Assembly: GCA_045635705.1 (NCBI GenBank)
Contig: JAZTWE010000021.1
Location: forward strand, 1-42,079
Reading direction: 5' to 3'
DNA: 42,079 bases
From: Candidatus Enterousia sp.
GTDB lineage: Bacteria > Pseudomonadota > Alphaproteobacteria > Rs-D84
Of the stretch, positions 1-11,861 are shown piece by piece. The position numbers and the translations under genes were made by a program. Under the pieces are notes generated by a model. The model was not told the DNA's origin. It did no database searches and saw only the letters and a list, made by a program, of their open reading frames with translations. Positions within the stretch are counted from its first letter, which is position 1. Every line of letters begins with the position of its first letter.

Positions 1-1550
1 CCACGAACACGACCAAATGTTTCACCAACGACAAATACATCGCCGATTTTCAATGTACCTTGGCGCATCAGGATTGTTGCAACCGCGCCCAGACCTTTTT
101 CTTGTTTTGCTTCGACAACATAGGCGACGGCCGACATATCTGGATCTGCGGTCAATTCCATCATTTCGGCCTGTAATAAAATCGCTTCTTCCAGTTTATC
201 CAATCCAATCTTTTTAGTTGCTGAAATTTCAACGCACTGAACATCGCCACCAAATTCTTCGACCTGAACCTCGTGTTGCAACAGGTCTGTTTTCACGCGC
301 TGTGCATCTGCTTCGGGCAGGTCAATTTTGTTAATCGCAACGATAAACGGAACATTCGCCGCGCGAATATGGTTAATCGCTTCGACTGTCTGTGGCATAA
401 TTGAATCATTTGCCGCAACAACCAAGACAACGATGTCTGCCATTTGGGCACCGCGTGCACGCATTGCAGTAAATGTTTCATGACCTGGCGTATCCAGGAA
501 AGTAATCACTTCCCCTGATTTTGTTTTCACTTCATACGATGAAACATGCTGGGTGATACCGCCCGCTTCACCTGCGGTCACATTAGTATTACGGAATGCA
601 TCCAACAACGATGTTTTTCCATGGTCAACGTGCCCCACCACCGTCACAACTGGCGCGCGTGGTTTCAAGTTTTCAGGATTTGGTCCGCGTTCCAATTGAT
701 CGGCATATGGCTTTGTATCGACGCGTTTAACTGTTGCACCAAATTCACCTGCAATCAATTCTGCTGTATCGGCATCAATCGACTGATTCACAGATACCAT
801 CATACCCATTTCCATCAGTTTCTTGATAACATTACCGACCTTTTCCGCCATTGCCGCCGCCAAGTCCTTGACCGTAATTGTATCACCCAGTGTGACAACG
901 CGTTCAACCTTTTGTGGGGCAGAAAATACTGCGCGTGCTTTTTCACGGAATCGTTTCAACGACGCTTCGCTGCGACGACGATTTGCCCCACGCAGACCAA
1001 TTTCATCATCGTCATCATCATTTCCGATAACAATATCGTGCAGTGAAATCTTGCCCGACTTTTTGAAATCTTTCTTGGAATTATTATGCTTTGACTGGCG
1101 CGGACTATCGTCTTCGTCATTATTATAGTTCTTGCGACCATTACTTTGCGACGCATTTCCAGATTTCTTTGACGGGGCAACAACCGTCTTGGATTCTGGT
1201 TCTGCGGATTCAGCCTCGGCCGCGCTTTCACGCACCGCCAACTGTTCGCGCACTTGTTCGTATTCGCGTGCTTCGCGTTCAATTTCTGCTTCGCGTGCGG
1301 CGCGTGCGGCCGCTTCTTCTGCTTCGCGTTTACGCTTTTCTTCTTCACGCGCCTTGGCGGCTTCCAGTACTGCACGCAGTTTTTCATCTGCTGCATTTCG
1401 TGGTGTGGCCGATGGCGCCACAGGTTCATCACGCAGTTCCTTGCTGCCAGGTGCAACAACACGACGACGACGTTCAACGAAAACATCATCGCCTTTTTTG
1501 CTGCGAACCGCATCAATTGTCACAGATTTCCCAAGTGTTAGTGTTGCCAT
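1..1550 (-). CDS. infB: Translation initiation factor IF-2 (N-terminal part; runs off the window edge)
   Basis: Manual minus-strand translation from ATG at 1550 (GGAG upstream): MATLTLGKS... with G-domain motifs [54 protein letters not shown]. Not in the ORF track because there is no stop inside the window. Confidence 0.97.
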   Translation of the reverse strand, partial: MATLTLGKSVTIDAVRSKKGDDVFVERRRRVVAPGSKELRDEPVAPSATPRNAADEKLRAVLEAAKAREEEKRKREAEEAAARAAREAEIEREAREYEQVREQLAVRESAAEAESAEPESKTVVAPSKKSGNASQSNGRKNYNNDEDDSPRQSKHNNSKKDFKKSGKISLHDIVIGNDDDDDEIGLRGANRRRSEASLKRFREKARAVFSAPQKVERVVTLGDTITVKDLAAAMAEKVGNVIKKLMEMGMMVSVNQSIDADTAELIAGEFGATVKRVDTKPYADQLERGPNPENLKPRAPVVTVVGHVDHGKTSLLDAFRNTNVTAGEAGGITQHVSSYEVKTKSGEVITFLDTPGHETFTAMRARGAQMADIVVLVVAANDSIMPQTVEAINHIRAANVPFIVAINKIDLPEADAQRVKTDLLQHEVQVEEFGGDVQCVEISATKKIGLDKLEEAILLQAEMMELTADPDMSAVAYVVEAKQEKGLGAVATILMRQGTLKIGDVFVVGETFGRVR

Positions 1551-1579
1551 ATAAATTCACTCCGCTAATAATTAACATT

Positions 1580-1629
1580 GTTCAAAGTGCAAAGTTCAAT
1601 TTCGAACTTTGCACTATATGTTTTGAACT
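1580..1629. repeat. Heptamer-based (GTTCAAA/GTGCAAA) inverted repeat between nusA and infB
   Basis: gttcaaa-gtgcaaa-gttcaat followed by the inverted copy; perfect 12-bp stem agtgcaaagttc (1586-1597) / gaactttgcact (1604-1615). Confidence 0.8.
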
Positions 1630-3168
1630 TTATTCTTCGTCCTGTTTGATGTCGTACGCAACTTCGCGGGCCTTCATAATGATGCGCCCTGCCAAGCGGT
1701 TTGACATATTGTCTTCGCCCAAGATTTCAACCAATTCATCCGATGCCAAATCAGCCAAATCTTCCAGCGATTTAATACCGGCCGCCCCAAGTTTCATAAT
1801 GGTTGGGCGTTTGATAAAGTCAAACTTTAACAAGTCATCAGACATACCAATCTTGTGACCTTCGTCCAAATAATCCTGTTCAACCTTTACCAAATAATCC
1901 TTGGCGCGCTTTTGCAGTTCTGATGCCAATTCTGCATTAAATCCTTCGATAGATTCCAGTTCTGATGTTTCAACAAATGCGATTTCTTCGATTGTACGGA
2001 ACCCTTCGGTAATCAGCAATTGTGCAATCATTTCATCAACATCCAATCCACCAATAAACAGTTCTGTTTTTTCCTTGAATTCTTTTGCACGACGTTCTTG
2101 TTCTTCGGCTTCGTTCATAACATCGATATTCCAGCCCGTCAATTGTGATGCCAGGCGAACATTCTGACCGCGGCGACCAATTGCCAATGACTGCTGATCT
2201 TCGTTTACAACAACGGCTGCGGTGCGTGTATCTTCGTCAACGATGATTTTAGCAACTTTTGCTGGCTGCATCGCATTAACGATAAAGACGGCCGGGTCTT
2301 CGGAATACAAGATAACATCAATCTTTTCACCATGACATTCGTTAATAACCGGCTGAATGCGTGTACCCTTGATACCAACAGTCATACCAACCGCATCAAT
2401 TGATGGGTCCTGGGTTTCAACTGCGATTTTCGCATGAGAGCCCGGCGCACGTGCCACAGACTTAATTTTAATAATACCTTCGTAAATTTCAGGTACTTCC
2501 TGAACAAACAGCTTTTCCATAAACATTGGATGTGTGCGTGTCAGGAAAATTTGTGGACCTGAATTAGAACGCGCAACATCCATAATCAACGCACGAACAC
2601 GGTCACCAACATTCAAGCGTTCCCCTGGAATCAATTCAGTACCCTTGATATAACCTTCGGCTTTGCCATTGATATCAACAAAAACATTACCAAATTCAAT
2701 ACGTTTAACAACACCGCTGACAATATCACCAATATTGTCTTTGAATTCTTCGAACTGACGACCTTTTTCTGCATCGCGTACACGTGTTGTCATAATTTGC
2801 TTTGCTGTCTGGAACGCCATACGACCAAATTCAGGTTCTGGCAACGCATCTTCGACCACATCACCAACGACTGGATTCTTTGCATATTTTTTTGCCTGTG
2901 CCACTGTCAGCATAGTATTTGCATCATATTCATCACCCACAGATTCTGGGGATTCAATAACCGTGAACAAACGCTTTACATAAATCGCACCATTTTTGCG
3001 ATCGATATCAGCGGTGATATTAAATTCTTCACCATATTTGTGCTTTGCAATTTTTGCAATTGCAGCCTCTAAAGATTCAATAACAATTTCACGATCAATT
3101 TGTTTTTCAGACGCCAGCGAATCAATCGCAAGCAACAAATCCTGACGCGGCATAGAAACAAAAGACAT
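1630..3168 (-). CDS. nusA: Transcription termination/antitermination factor NusA
   Basis: S1/KH motifs (GDIVSGVVKRIEFG, LFVQEVPEIYEG, SLAIGRRGQNVRLASQLTGW) plus C-terminal acidic repeats; start at MSFVSMPR (ATG 3168) with AGGAG upstream, shorter than the ORF-track call. Confidence 0.97.
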   Translation of the reverse strand: MSFVSMPRQDLLLAIDSLASEKQIDREIVIESLEAAIAKIAKHKYGEEFNITADIDRKNGAIYVKRLFTVIESPESVGDEYDANTMLTVAQAKKYAKNPVVGDVVEDALPEPEFGRMAFQTAKQIMTTRVRDAEKGRQFEEFKDNIGDIVSGVVKRIEFGNVFVDINGKAEGYIKGTELIPGERLNVGDRVRALIMDVARSNSGPQIFLTRTHPMFMEKLFVQEVPEIYEGIIKIKSVARAPGSHAKIAVETQDPSIDAVGMTVGIKGTRIQPVINECHGEKIDVILYSEDPAVFIVNAMQPAKVAKIIVDEDTRTAAVVVNEDQQSLAIGRRGQNVRLASQLTGWNIDVMNEAEEQERRAKEFKEKTELFIGGLDVDEMIAQLLITEGFRTIEEIAFVETSELESIEGFNAELASELQKRAKDYLVKVEQDYLDEGHKIGMSDDLLKFDFIKRPTIMKLGAAGIKSLEDLADLASDELVEILGEDNMSNRLAGRIIMKAREVAYDIKQDEE

Positions 3169-3207
3169 CTGCTTTCTCCTTCGTGTTGTTTTGTATGTCT
3201 TTACTGA

Positions 3208-3235
3208 AAGAGCGGGGTTTTTCAACCCCGCCCTT
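3208..3235 (-). promoter_or_regulatory. GC-rich GAAA-tetraloop hairpin in the nusA leader (possible attenuator)
   Basis: Minus strand aagggcggggtt-gaaa-aaccccgctctt, then a short ttt, about 40 nt before the nusA start. Confidence 0.6.
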
Positions 3236-3303
3236 AAAATTTTATTTAAGAACACCCGTATTATTGACCCCGAATCGTTAAAAATCAAGAAAAAAACCAC
3301 TAT

Positions 3304-3332
3304 TTGACTATTTGCCTTTTCGGCTTTATACT
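3304..3332 (+). promoter_or_regulatory. Sigma70-type promoter of lptF (probably leaderless)
   Basis: TTGACT-17 nt-TATACT, then 7 nt and ATG 3340; no SD. Confidence 0.65.
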
Positions 3333-3339
3333 TTGCAAT

Positions 3340-4398
3340 ATGAAAATACTCAGTAAATATTTTTTGCGTCAACTTGTCGCCATATTTATCATGCTGTTGC
3401 TGGTTTTGACCGGCCTGGCATGGATGATGCAAATTATGTCTATGATGAAATTCCTGTTAAAATACGGTGTTGACCTGGGCAGCTTTATATCCTTGACCGC
3501 ATTGATGATACCATTTATCATGTCGATTATCATACCGTTTGTCACCTTTATCGCGGTAATTTTCGTTTATAATAAAATGATATCTGATAACGAGGTGACC
3601 GTTATGGCGGCATCCAGCCTGTCCCCAAAACAGATTGCCCGCCCCGCTCTGATTTTGGCTGGGATACTGACAGCATTAAATTTAGCATTAAATATATGGG
3701 CGGTCCCACACAGCCAGGAAAAATTCTATGACATGCAATGGAATCTGCAATACGGTATGGCGCACATGAAATTACAAGAAGGCGCATTTACCGAAATATC
3801 AAACGGCCTGGTTGTCTATGTGGACAAGGTTGCGGACCATGACCTCAGTCAGGTTATGTTATCCGACATGCGCGATGCAAAAACAACCAACACAATATTT
3901 GCAGAAAAAGGAAAATTGGTATCAACCGCCCGTGGCCTATCACTGGTTATGACAAATGGTTCTTTACAATCCAGTGGCGGTCAAATGGTCACCGGCACAT
4001 TTGAAACATTTGATATGGACCTGAACATCGTAGACAAGGGCAACAACACATCATTCCGTGTTCGTCGGGTTCCTACGACCGAATTATTACGCGTGGCATT
4101 TGATGCCGAAACCAAAAAGCAGCACAAGATGATTCTGACCGAAATGTGCAATCGCTTTTTAACCCCAATGATGAATTTAATACTGGCCGCACTGTGTGTG
4201 ACGATTTTGTTGCGTTCATCCCTGTTGCGTCGCCGCGCCAGTTTTGCCCCAATCGTTGCGGTTGCATCAATGGCGGCTGTTATGGCATTATATATGTCGC
4301 TATCTAATATGATATCCAGCATGACCGGTTTTGTATTACTGGCACTGGCCGTCATGTTAACATTTGGCATTATATTGATGGTATTGTCCAAGAAATGA
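3340..4398 (+). CDS. lptF: LPS export ABC permease, LptF-like (YjgP/YjgQ family)
   Basis: MKILSKYFLRQL..., 3 N-terminal + 3 C-terminal TM helices, motif YNKMISDNEVTVMAASSLS; directly upstream of lptD. Confidence 0.85.
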   Translation: MKILSKYFLRQLVAIFIMLLLVLTGLAWMMQIMSMMKFLLKYGVDLGSFISLTALMIPFIMSIIIPFVTFIAVIFVYNKMISDNEVTVMAASSLSPKQIARPALILAGILTALNLALNIWAVPHSQEKFYDMQWNLQYGMAHMKLQEGAFTEISNGLVVYVDKVADHDLSQVMLSDMRDAKTTNTIFAEKGKLVSTARGLSLVMTNGSLQSSGGQMVTGTFETFDMDLNIVDKGNNTSFRVRRVPTTELLRVAFDAETKKQHKMILTEMCNRFLTPMMNLILAALCVTILLRSSLLRRRASFAPIVAVASMAAVMALYMSLSNMISSMTGFVLLALAVMLTFGIILMVLSKK

Positions 4399-6407
4399 GA
4401 AAGATTACCCTATTCCTTTTATCATTTATTTATATAACGACCGCGAACGCGGCATCGATGGACATTAACACGCCCAAGACTATTGTCGCAGATAAAATTG
4501 AATACGATGTAAAATCCGAAACGATAAAGACATCTGGTGACACTGAAATCACTAATCAATCGGGCCAACGCATGACCTTGACGGATTCATACATTACCCA
4601 ACAAGGCGCAAATTTGTCGGGCGATAACATTCGCCTGTGGTTGGGCAATCATGTATATGTTGAATCAGACAACATTACCCGTGACGGCGACATTACAATT
4701 GCCCGCAATGCAACATTTACCGCATGCGATGATTGTGATGCATTTGGGAACGCATGGACAATATCTACATACAAGATAATCCATGACATGGAATCCCGAA
4801 TGTTAAAATTTTACAGTCCTGTACTATGGACATACGATATTCCCGTTTTATGGTGGCCATTTTTTGAAATGCCCGACCCTGGCATAAAGCACAAGACAGG
4901 ATTCCTGATGCCCGACTTTGAATCAACGAACAAGATGGGCACACAAATCAATGTACCATTTTATATTGCAATTTCTGACACACATGATATGACGGTCACA
5001 CTGTCATATTTAACCCAGGAAAACCCACTGTTCCAACTGGAACACCGTTTGAACGCCCCGCATTCTGAATTCAGAACCATGGGATCGTTTACACATAACA
5101 AAGAAGGTGAAAGCCGTTGGCACATATTCAACGACGATATAATTGAACTGGGCAACAACGCACGCGCCACGATATTCCTGGAACGCGCATCTGATAAAAC
5201 ATATTTGCAAAAATATGGTTTCTATAATGCGCAACCATACTTGGATTCCGGGGCAAAACTGGAATTATTTGGACAAACTGGCTATGTCGTGGCTGACGCG
5301 CATATATTCCAAGAAATGCGCAGCAGTTATGGCAACGAAAACACCATGTCTGGCAACATACTGCCAAACATTCGTGGTGTTTATCAAACTGCCCCATTAT
5401 TTGGTGAAACATACGCAACATTTTCTGGTGACATCTTGGGTATTTCTGGCGACGGCACTGCGTCCCAGCGTGTAATTGGTGATGCACGCCTGACCACGCC
5501 ATGGACACTGTGGGGTGGCAATCGCCTGACGGCCAGTGTATCTGCACGATACGATGTTTATAACTTTGATAAAACAGAAATGATTGATGGCGAACAGGTT
5601 TCTGGATTCAAGAATCGTTTCCTGCCCAGTGGTTATATCGAATGGTCACTGCCAATGTTTCGACCGTCCACCAACTGGACCCAGGTTATTGAACCACGCG
5701 CGCGCCTGACGATGATGCAGCACACGAACAAAGAAGAATTCGCCCTGGCCAATGATTCTGCGGGTGCAATTTTAACAGATTCTGCCCTATTCTCGGACAA
5801 TCGATTTGCTGGGTTGGATTTATGGGAAAACGGCACCTATGCCGACTATGGTGTGCGTTGGGCAGCATTTAACAAGGATGGTGACACGGTTGAAGTATTC
5901 CTGGGTCAATCATATGATTTCAAAGACAGACCCGCAACCGACCCCAACAGCGGCTTTCACAATGGCGCATCGGATTATGTCGGTCGTATCGGCTATAATA
6001 ATATGGAATGGTTGAACCTGGCATCGCGTTTCAGACTGGACCAAGAAAACCTGGAACTGCGCCATATTGAAACGACCGCGCAAATCGGACGCAATCGCAA
6101 CTTCTTTAACATCGGACACATTTATTCCCAACAGTTTATTGATGCCCTGACCATGGGCGACACAATTCACGAGGCAATTGTTGGTGTCGGCATTGGGTTA
6201 ACAAACCGTTGGTCTTTGCGCTGGGACGGCATATATAATTTTGAATACAATGAATTTCAGCGTCACACCGGCGGCCTATATTACGACCACCCATGCTATT
6301 ACCTGTCGGTTGGGTATCGTCGCGACAACGCTATCAAAGAAGACTATGTTGGTACCACAACATTCCAATTCAGATTTGGTATGGCCATCAACGGTCAACA
6401 GTATTAA
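4395..6407 (+). CDS. lptD: LPS-assembly outer-membrane protein LptD
   Basis: Signal peptide, NATFTAC..C, KTGFLMP, beta-barrel character, YDHPCY near the C terminus. Confidence 0.92.
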   Translation: MRKITLFLLSFIYITTANAASMDINTPKTIVADKIEYDVKSETIKTSGDTEITNQSGQRMTLTDSYITQQGANLSGDNIRLWLGNHVYVESDNITRDGDITIARNATFTACDDCDAFGNAWTISTYKIIHDMESRMLKFYSPVLWTYDIPVLWWPFFEMPDPGIKHKTGFLMPDFESTNKMGTQINVPFYIAISDTHDMTVTLSYLTQENPLFQLEHRLNAPHSEFRTMGSFTHNKEGESRWHIFNDDIIELGNNARATIFLERASDKTYLQKYGFYNAQPYLDSGAKLELFGQTGYVVADAHIFQEMRSSYGNENTMSGNILPNIRGVYQTAPLFGETYATFSGDILGISGDGTASQRVIGDARLTTPWTLWGGNRLTASVSARYDVYNFDKTEMIDGEQVSGFKNRFLPSGYIEWSLPMFRPSTNWTQVIEPRARLTMMQHTNKEEFALANDSAGAILTDSALFSDNRFAGLDLWENGTYADYGVRWAAFNKDGDTVEVFLGQSYDFKDRPATDPNSGFHNGASDYVGRIGYNNMEWLNLASRFRLDQENLELRHIETTAQIGRNRNFFNIGHIYSQQFIDALTMGDTIHEAIVGVGIGLTNRWSLRWDGIYNFEYNEFQRHTGGLYYDHPCYYLSVGYRRDNAIKEDYVGTTTFQFRFGMAINGQQY

Positions 6408-6426
6408 CAGCAAAGGAAGTTAGGAA

Positions 6427-7248
6427 ATGAAAAAGTTAATTATGTTTTGTTTTGCGGCCGTATTCGCACTGCCTGCATTTGGGGCCAGTATTATTGCCAC
6501 AGTTAACGGCACCCCGATTACAGACACCGACATAACAGCCCGCACAACACTGATGACCAAGCAAGGAAAATCATCAACCGATAATCGTCGTGTTGCCTTG
6601 CAAAATATAATTGACGACAATGTAAAGTTAACATACGCATCAAACTTTAATGTTTCCCCAACTGACGAAGATGCCGAACAAGAATTAAAGCGCATGAACC
6701 TGGGGGAATTATCTGCGACCGAACGCGCAATGGCAATCAGTGCGATAAAATCTGACATCGCCTGGCAGGTTATCGTTGCCCGCACAATCGTTCCAACCAT
6801 TGACATCAGCCGCGAAGAAATTGCCAACGAAAAAAGCGCACTGGCCCGCGAACATGGCCTGCCAATTGAAATGACGATTATTCGCCTGATTGATATTCCA
6901 TCTGATGTTGCAAAAAAATTAACCAAACCAAAATCATGCGACGACGCAATAAATATGGCACGCGACCTGGGCGGCGCGCCACAGCAATTTACCGCGGTAC
7001 AATATGAATTAGCACCTGAAATCCGCAACCGTGTTGTTGACCTGCCCAAATTGACATGGTCATCCGTTGACGACAACAGTGTCCTGTTGGTATGCAGCAC
7101 AAAAAAGACATCTGAATACGGAAAACTGGACGATGTTATTGAACAAAACGCCCTGTACAAACAGGCAATGTTTATCGCCGACCAGCAATTAAAACAACTG
7201 CGCCGCAAGGCCGTTATCATCATCAACGACGACAGATATAAATTATAA
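6427..7248 (+). CDS. SurA N-terminal-domain periplasmic chaperone (reduced)
   Basis: Signal peptide, IIATVNGTPITDTDI, C-terminal LKQLRRKAVI; usual position after lptD. Confidence 0.75.
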   Translation: MKKLIMFCFAAVFALPAFGASIIATVNGTPITDTDITARTTLMTKQGKSSTDNRRVALQNIIDDNVKLTYASNFNVSPTDEDAEQELKRMNLGELSATERAMAISAIKSDIAWQVIVARTIVPTIDISREEIANEKSALAREHGLPIEMTIIRLIDIPSDVAKKLTKPKSCDDAINMARDLGGAPQQFTAVQYELAPEIRNRVVDLPKLTWSSVDDNSVLLVCSTKKTSEYGKLDDVIEQNALYKQAMFIADQQLKQLRRKAVIIINDDRYKL

Positions 7249-8348
7249 TGAAACCAATACTTTTTAATTTCACAGACCGCGAACTGGAACAATATATGTT
7301 GGACATGGGCCAGCCAAAGTTTCGTGCAAAACAGATTCGTGATTGGCTAAATCGTGGCGCACCTGACTTTGCGTCAATGAAAAACATCCCTGCCACATTG
7401 CAACGCGATTTGGATGCACGCGCACAAACATTGCCGTGTCGCATTATCAAGAAACTGCAATCATCAGACGGCGAAACAACAAAATTTCTGTTGGAAATGC
7501 ACGACGGTGAACAAATAGAATGTGTATTGATGCGCACCACATACGGCAACAGCGTCTGTGTCAGTTCCCAGGCCGGTTGTGCCATGGGCTGTAAATTTTG
7601 TGCCAGCACCCTATTGGGATTAAAAAGAAACCTGACCGCGAACGAAATATTTGCACAAATTCTGACCGCCCAATGGGAATTACGCACCGACAAATCCAAT
7701 GAAAAATCAATTCGTCCCAATGGCGATGCAAATAATAACGATGTGTCCCATATTGTTATCATGGGAACTGGCGAACCATTACAAAACACTGAAAATGTTA
7801 TCGACTTTATCGAATGCGCAAACCACGACATGGGTATTGGATGGCGTCGCATAACCGTTTCAACATGCGGGGTTGTCCCGGGTATTGACCGCTTGATTGA
7901 ATGGGGTCGCCCGATAAACCTGGCGATATCATTACATGCGCCAACCGACGACCTGCGCAGTCAAATTATGCCAATAAACAACAAATACAAAATCAGCGAA
8001 GTTATGGATGCCGCATGGCGTTTTACCGACCTGCACAATCGTCAATTAATGATTGAATACATTTTGCTGGGCAAGAAAGACGAAAACGGTGACACAGTAT
8101 TGTACAACGCCACCGGTGAATACGCTGATAAATTAGCCACATTATTGGCAGGCAAGAACTGCATGGTAAATCTGATTCCATGGAATGCGGTTGATGAACG
8201 TGACTTTGCCGCCCCATCTGGCAATGCCGTACATCGATTCCAGGACACACTGATACATCACGGTATTCACACACGCATTCGCCGTGAACGCGGTACCGAT
8301 ATTGGTTCTGCATGTGGTCAACTGCGATTAAATAACGCCAAGAAATAA
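7248..8348 (+). CDS. rlmN: 23S rRNA (A2503)/tRNA C2-methyltransferase RlmN (radical SAM)
   Basis: CAMGCKFC (CxxxCxxC), MGTGEPL, AISLHAP, SACGQL. Confidence 0.95.
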   Translation: MKPILFNFTDRELEQYMLDMGQPKFRAKQIRDWLNRGAPDFASMKNIPATLQRDLDARAQTLPCRIIKKLQSSDGETTKFLLEMHDGEQIECVLMRTTYGNSVCVSSQAGCAMGCKFCASTLLGLKRNLTANEIFAQILTAQWELRTDKSNEKSIRPNGDANNNDVSHIVIMGTGEPLQNTENVIDFIECANHDMGIGWRRITVSTCGVVPGIDRLIEWGRPINLAISLHAPTDDLRSQIMPINNKYKISEVMDAAWRFTDLHNRQLMIEYILLGKKDENGDTVLYNATGEYADKLATLLAGKNCMVNLIPWNAVDERDFAAPSGNAVHRFQDTLIHHGIHTRIRRERGTDIGSACGQLRLNNAKK

Positions 8349-8349
8349 G

Positions 8350-10089
<1,740 letters not shown>

Positions 10090-10096
10090 CTGTGCC

Positions 10097-10567
10097 CTAT
10101 TCCTTGAATGTCACTTCCAGTATTTCATATTCTTTTTCGCCACCCGGCAATTTAACAACACATGTATCGCCAACGCATCGTCCAATCATCGCACGCCCAA
10201 CCGGTGATGTACATGAAATAACCGTACGGCCATCAGATTCAATATCCGACAGAATTCGGCACTGCATTTTGTTTCCGTCTTCGTCTTCGGCAACAACGCG
10301 CGCACCAAAGACCACCCTGTCCCCAGTCAAAGAATAAACATCAATAACCTGTGCGTTTTCAATTACGCCTTCGATAAAGCGAATACGTGCATCAATCTGT
10401 CGTTGTTTTTCTTTGGCCGCGCTGTAATCAGCGTTTTCCGACAAATCCCCCAGCGACCGGGCCCACTGCACCGTCTTTAAGATTTCTGGCCGTTGATTTT
10501 CCTGTAAATCCTTTAATTCTTTGATTAGTTTATCAAAGCCTTCCCTTGAAATTGGTCTTTTTTCCAT
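10097..10567 (-). CDS. greA: Transcription elongation factor GreA
   Basis: ARSLGDLSENADYSAAKEKQ, ISCTSPVGRAMIG. Confidence 0.95.
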   Translation of the reverse strand: MEKRPISREGFDKLIKELKDLQENQRPEILKTVQWARSLGDLSENADYSAAKEKQRQIDARIRFIEGVIENAQVIDVYSLTGDRVVFGARVVAEDEDGNKMQCRILSDIESDGRTVISCTSPVGRAMIGRCVGDTCVVKLPGGEKEYEILEVTFKE

Positions 10568-10618
10568 TTTTATCTACCTTGTTTAATCGCAGTAAAATTA
10601 TACGCAATCATTTTAATT

Positions 10619-10647
10619 TTGCAATTGTGAAATGAACAAGGTATAGT
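10619..10647 (+). promoter_or_regulatory. Sigma70-type promoter of lptG (probably leaderless)
   Basis: TTGCAA-17 nt-TATAGT, then 7 nt and ATG 10655; no SD. Confidence 0.65.
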
Positions 10648-10654
10648 TCCTAGT

Positions 10655-11713
10655 ATGTTCAGACCAAATATCTTAAACAGATTCTTAATGCGCCGTTTTT
10701 TCTATGGCGTTGGCTTGGTTATGTTGGTTGTGTGCGGCATTATCTTGGCGGTCACCTTTGTTGAACGTCTGCCATCAAATCCAACGGCATTTGACGCATT
10801 GTATGAATCATGGGTTCGCCTGTTGGAATATGTACCATTATTCTTGCCATTGGCGGTTTTTATGGGAACACTGCTGGCAACATACAACCTGACCAAATCC
10901 AGCGAAAGCATTATTGTATCCAGCGCGGGCCTGTCACCCTATCAATCTGCACGCCCATTCTTGATTGGTGCGGCATTGATTGGTGTATTTGCCACCACCG
11001 TAATCAATCCATATTCGGTAAACATCAATGCCGAACATATTACATCTGATAACCTGCAACTAATTGACGACATGATATGGCTGCGTGAATCATCTGACGA
11101 CGAATACATCACTATGAACGCACATGGTATGAAAAAGTCAGGTGATGTATTACTATTCGAAAACACAACAATATTTTTACAGGACGCAAAATTCAAATTA
11201 ACCCAGCGAATTCAGGCCGAAACCGTCACACTTGATGACACAGGACTGGCGGCAAAAAACGCAACAATTTTTGATTCTGACGGCACAACCCACCATACTG
11301 ATTGGACCAAGGAAACACTACTAAACCCACAGACCGTTTTGGAACGCTATCTGCAACCTGATCAGATTTCATTTTGGAAACTGCCGGAATTTATCCACAA
11401 GATGCAAGAAATCGGCGCACCAATCCGTGGTCACCTGGTTCAATATTGGATGTTGCTGTTTTTGCCCCTAACAATGATTGCAATGGCAACACTTGGCGTC
11501 GCATTTTCCCAGACCAAACAACGCCGTAATTACAGTTTTGGCACAAAATTCAGCCTGGGGATTGTCACATGTTTTGCGGTTTATTTCTTGCTAAACATGT
11601 TCAACGCATTGGGTTCTACGGGCGCATTGCCACCATTATTGGCAATTATTGCACCACCACTTATTATTATCGCGGGTGCCGGAATATTCATCACCAGTTT
11701 TGACACCATATAA
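10655..11713 (+). CDS. lptG: LPS export ABC permease, LptG-like
   Basis: YjgP/Q topology; motifs LTKSSESIIVSSAGLSP, IWLRE, ISFWKLPEFI, ALGSTGALPPLLA. Confidence 0.85.
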   Translation: MFRPNILNRFLMRRFFYGVGLVMLVVCGIILAVTFVERLPSNPTAFDALYESWVRLLEYVPLFLPLAVFMGTLLATYNLTKSSESIIVSSAGLSPYQSARPFLIGAALIGVFATTVINPYSVNINAEHITSDNLQLIDDMIWLRESSDDEYITMNAHGMKKSGDVLLFENTTIFLQDAKFKLTQRIQAETVTLDDTGLAAKNATIFDSDGTTHHTDWTKETLLNPQTVLERYLQPDQISFWKLPEFIHKMQEIGAPIRGHLVQYWMLLFLPLTMIAMATLGVAFSQTKQRRNYSFGTKFSLGIVTCFAVYFLLNMFNALGSTGALPPLLAIIAPPLIIIAGAGIFITSFDTI

Positions 11714-11729
11714 CACCAGGGGAATCGAC

Positions 11730-11861
11730 ATGCCAATCAAACGAAAAAAGACAGGTTTGCGCAAGTTTATTTTATGGACACTGCTGGGCATTCTGCTGGT
11801 GCTGATGGTTATATCTTTTGCACCGGTACAACATTTAACTGAAATCGTGGTATATCCATAA
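11730..11861 (+). CDS. 43-aa single-pass membrane protein upstream of xerD
   Basis: GGGGAA then ATG; MPIKRKKTGLRKFILWTLLGILLVLMVISFAPVQHLTEIVVYP; its stop directly abuts the xerD ATG. Confidence 0.65.
   Translation: MPIKRKKTGLRKFILWTLLGILLVLMVISFAPVQHLTEIVVYP

Noticed and set aside
17-1858. Several ORF-track entries (for example 546-1046, 1091-1858, 956-1516)
   Set aside because: Antisense or off-frame shadows of infB and nusA; the real infB frame is missing from the track only because it runs off the window.
3169-3432. 88-aa N-terminal extension of NusA in the ORF track
   Set aside because: It overlaps lptF and the divergent promoters; an AGGAG SD supports the start at 3168.
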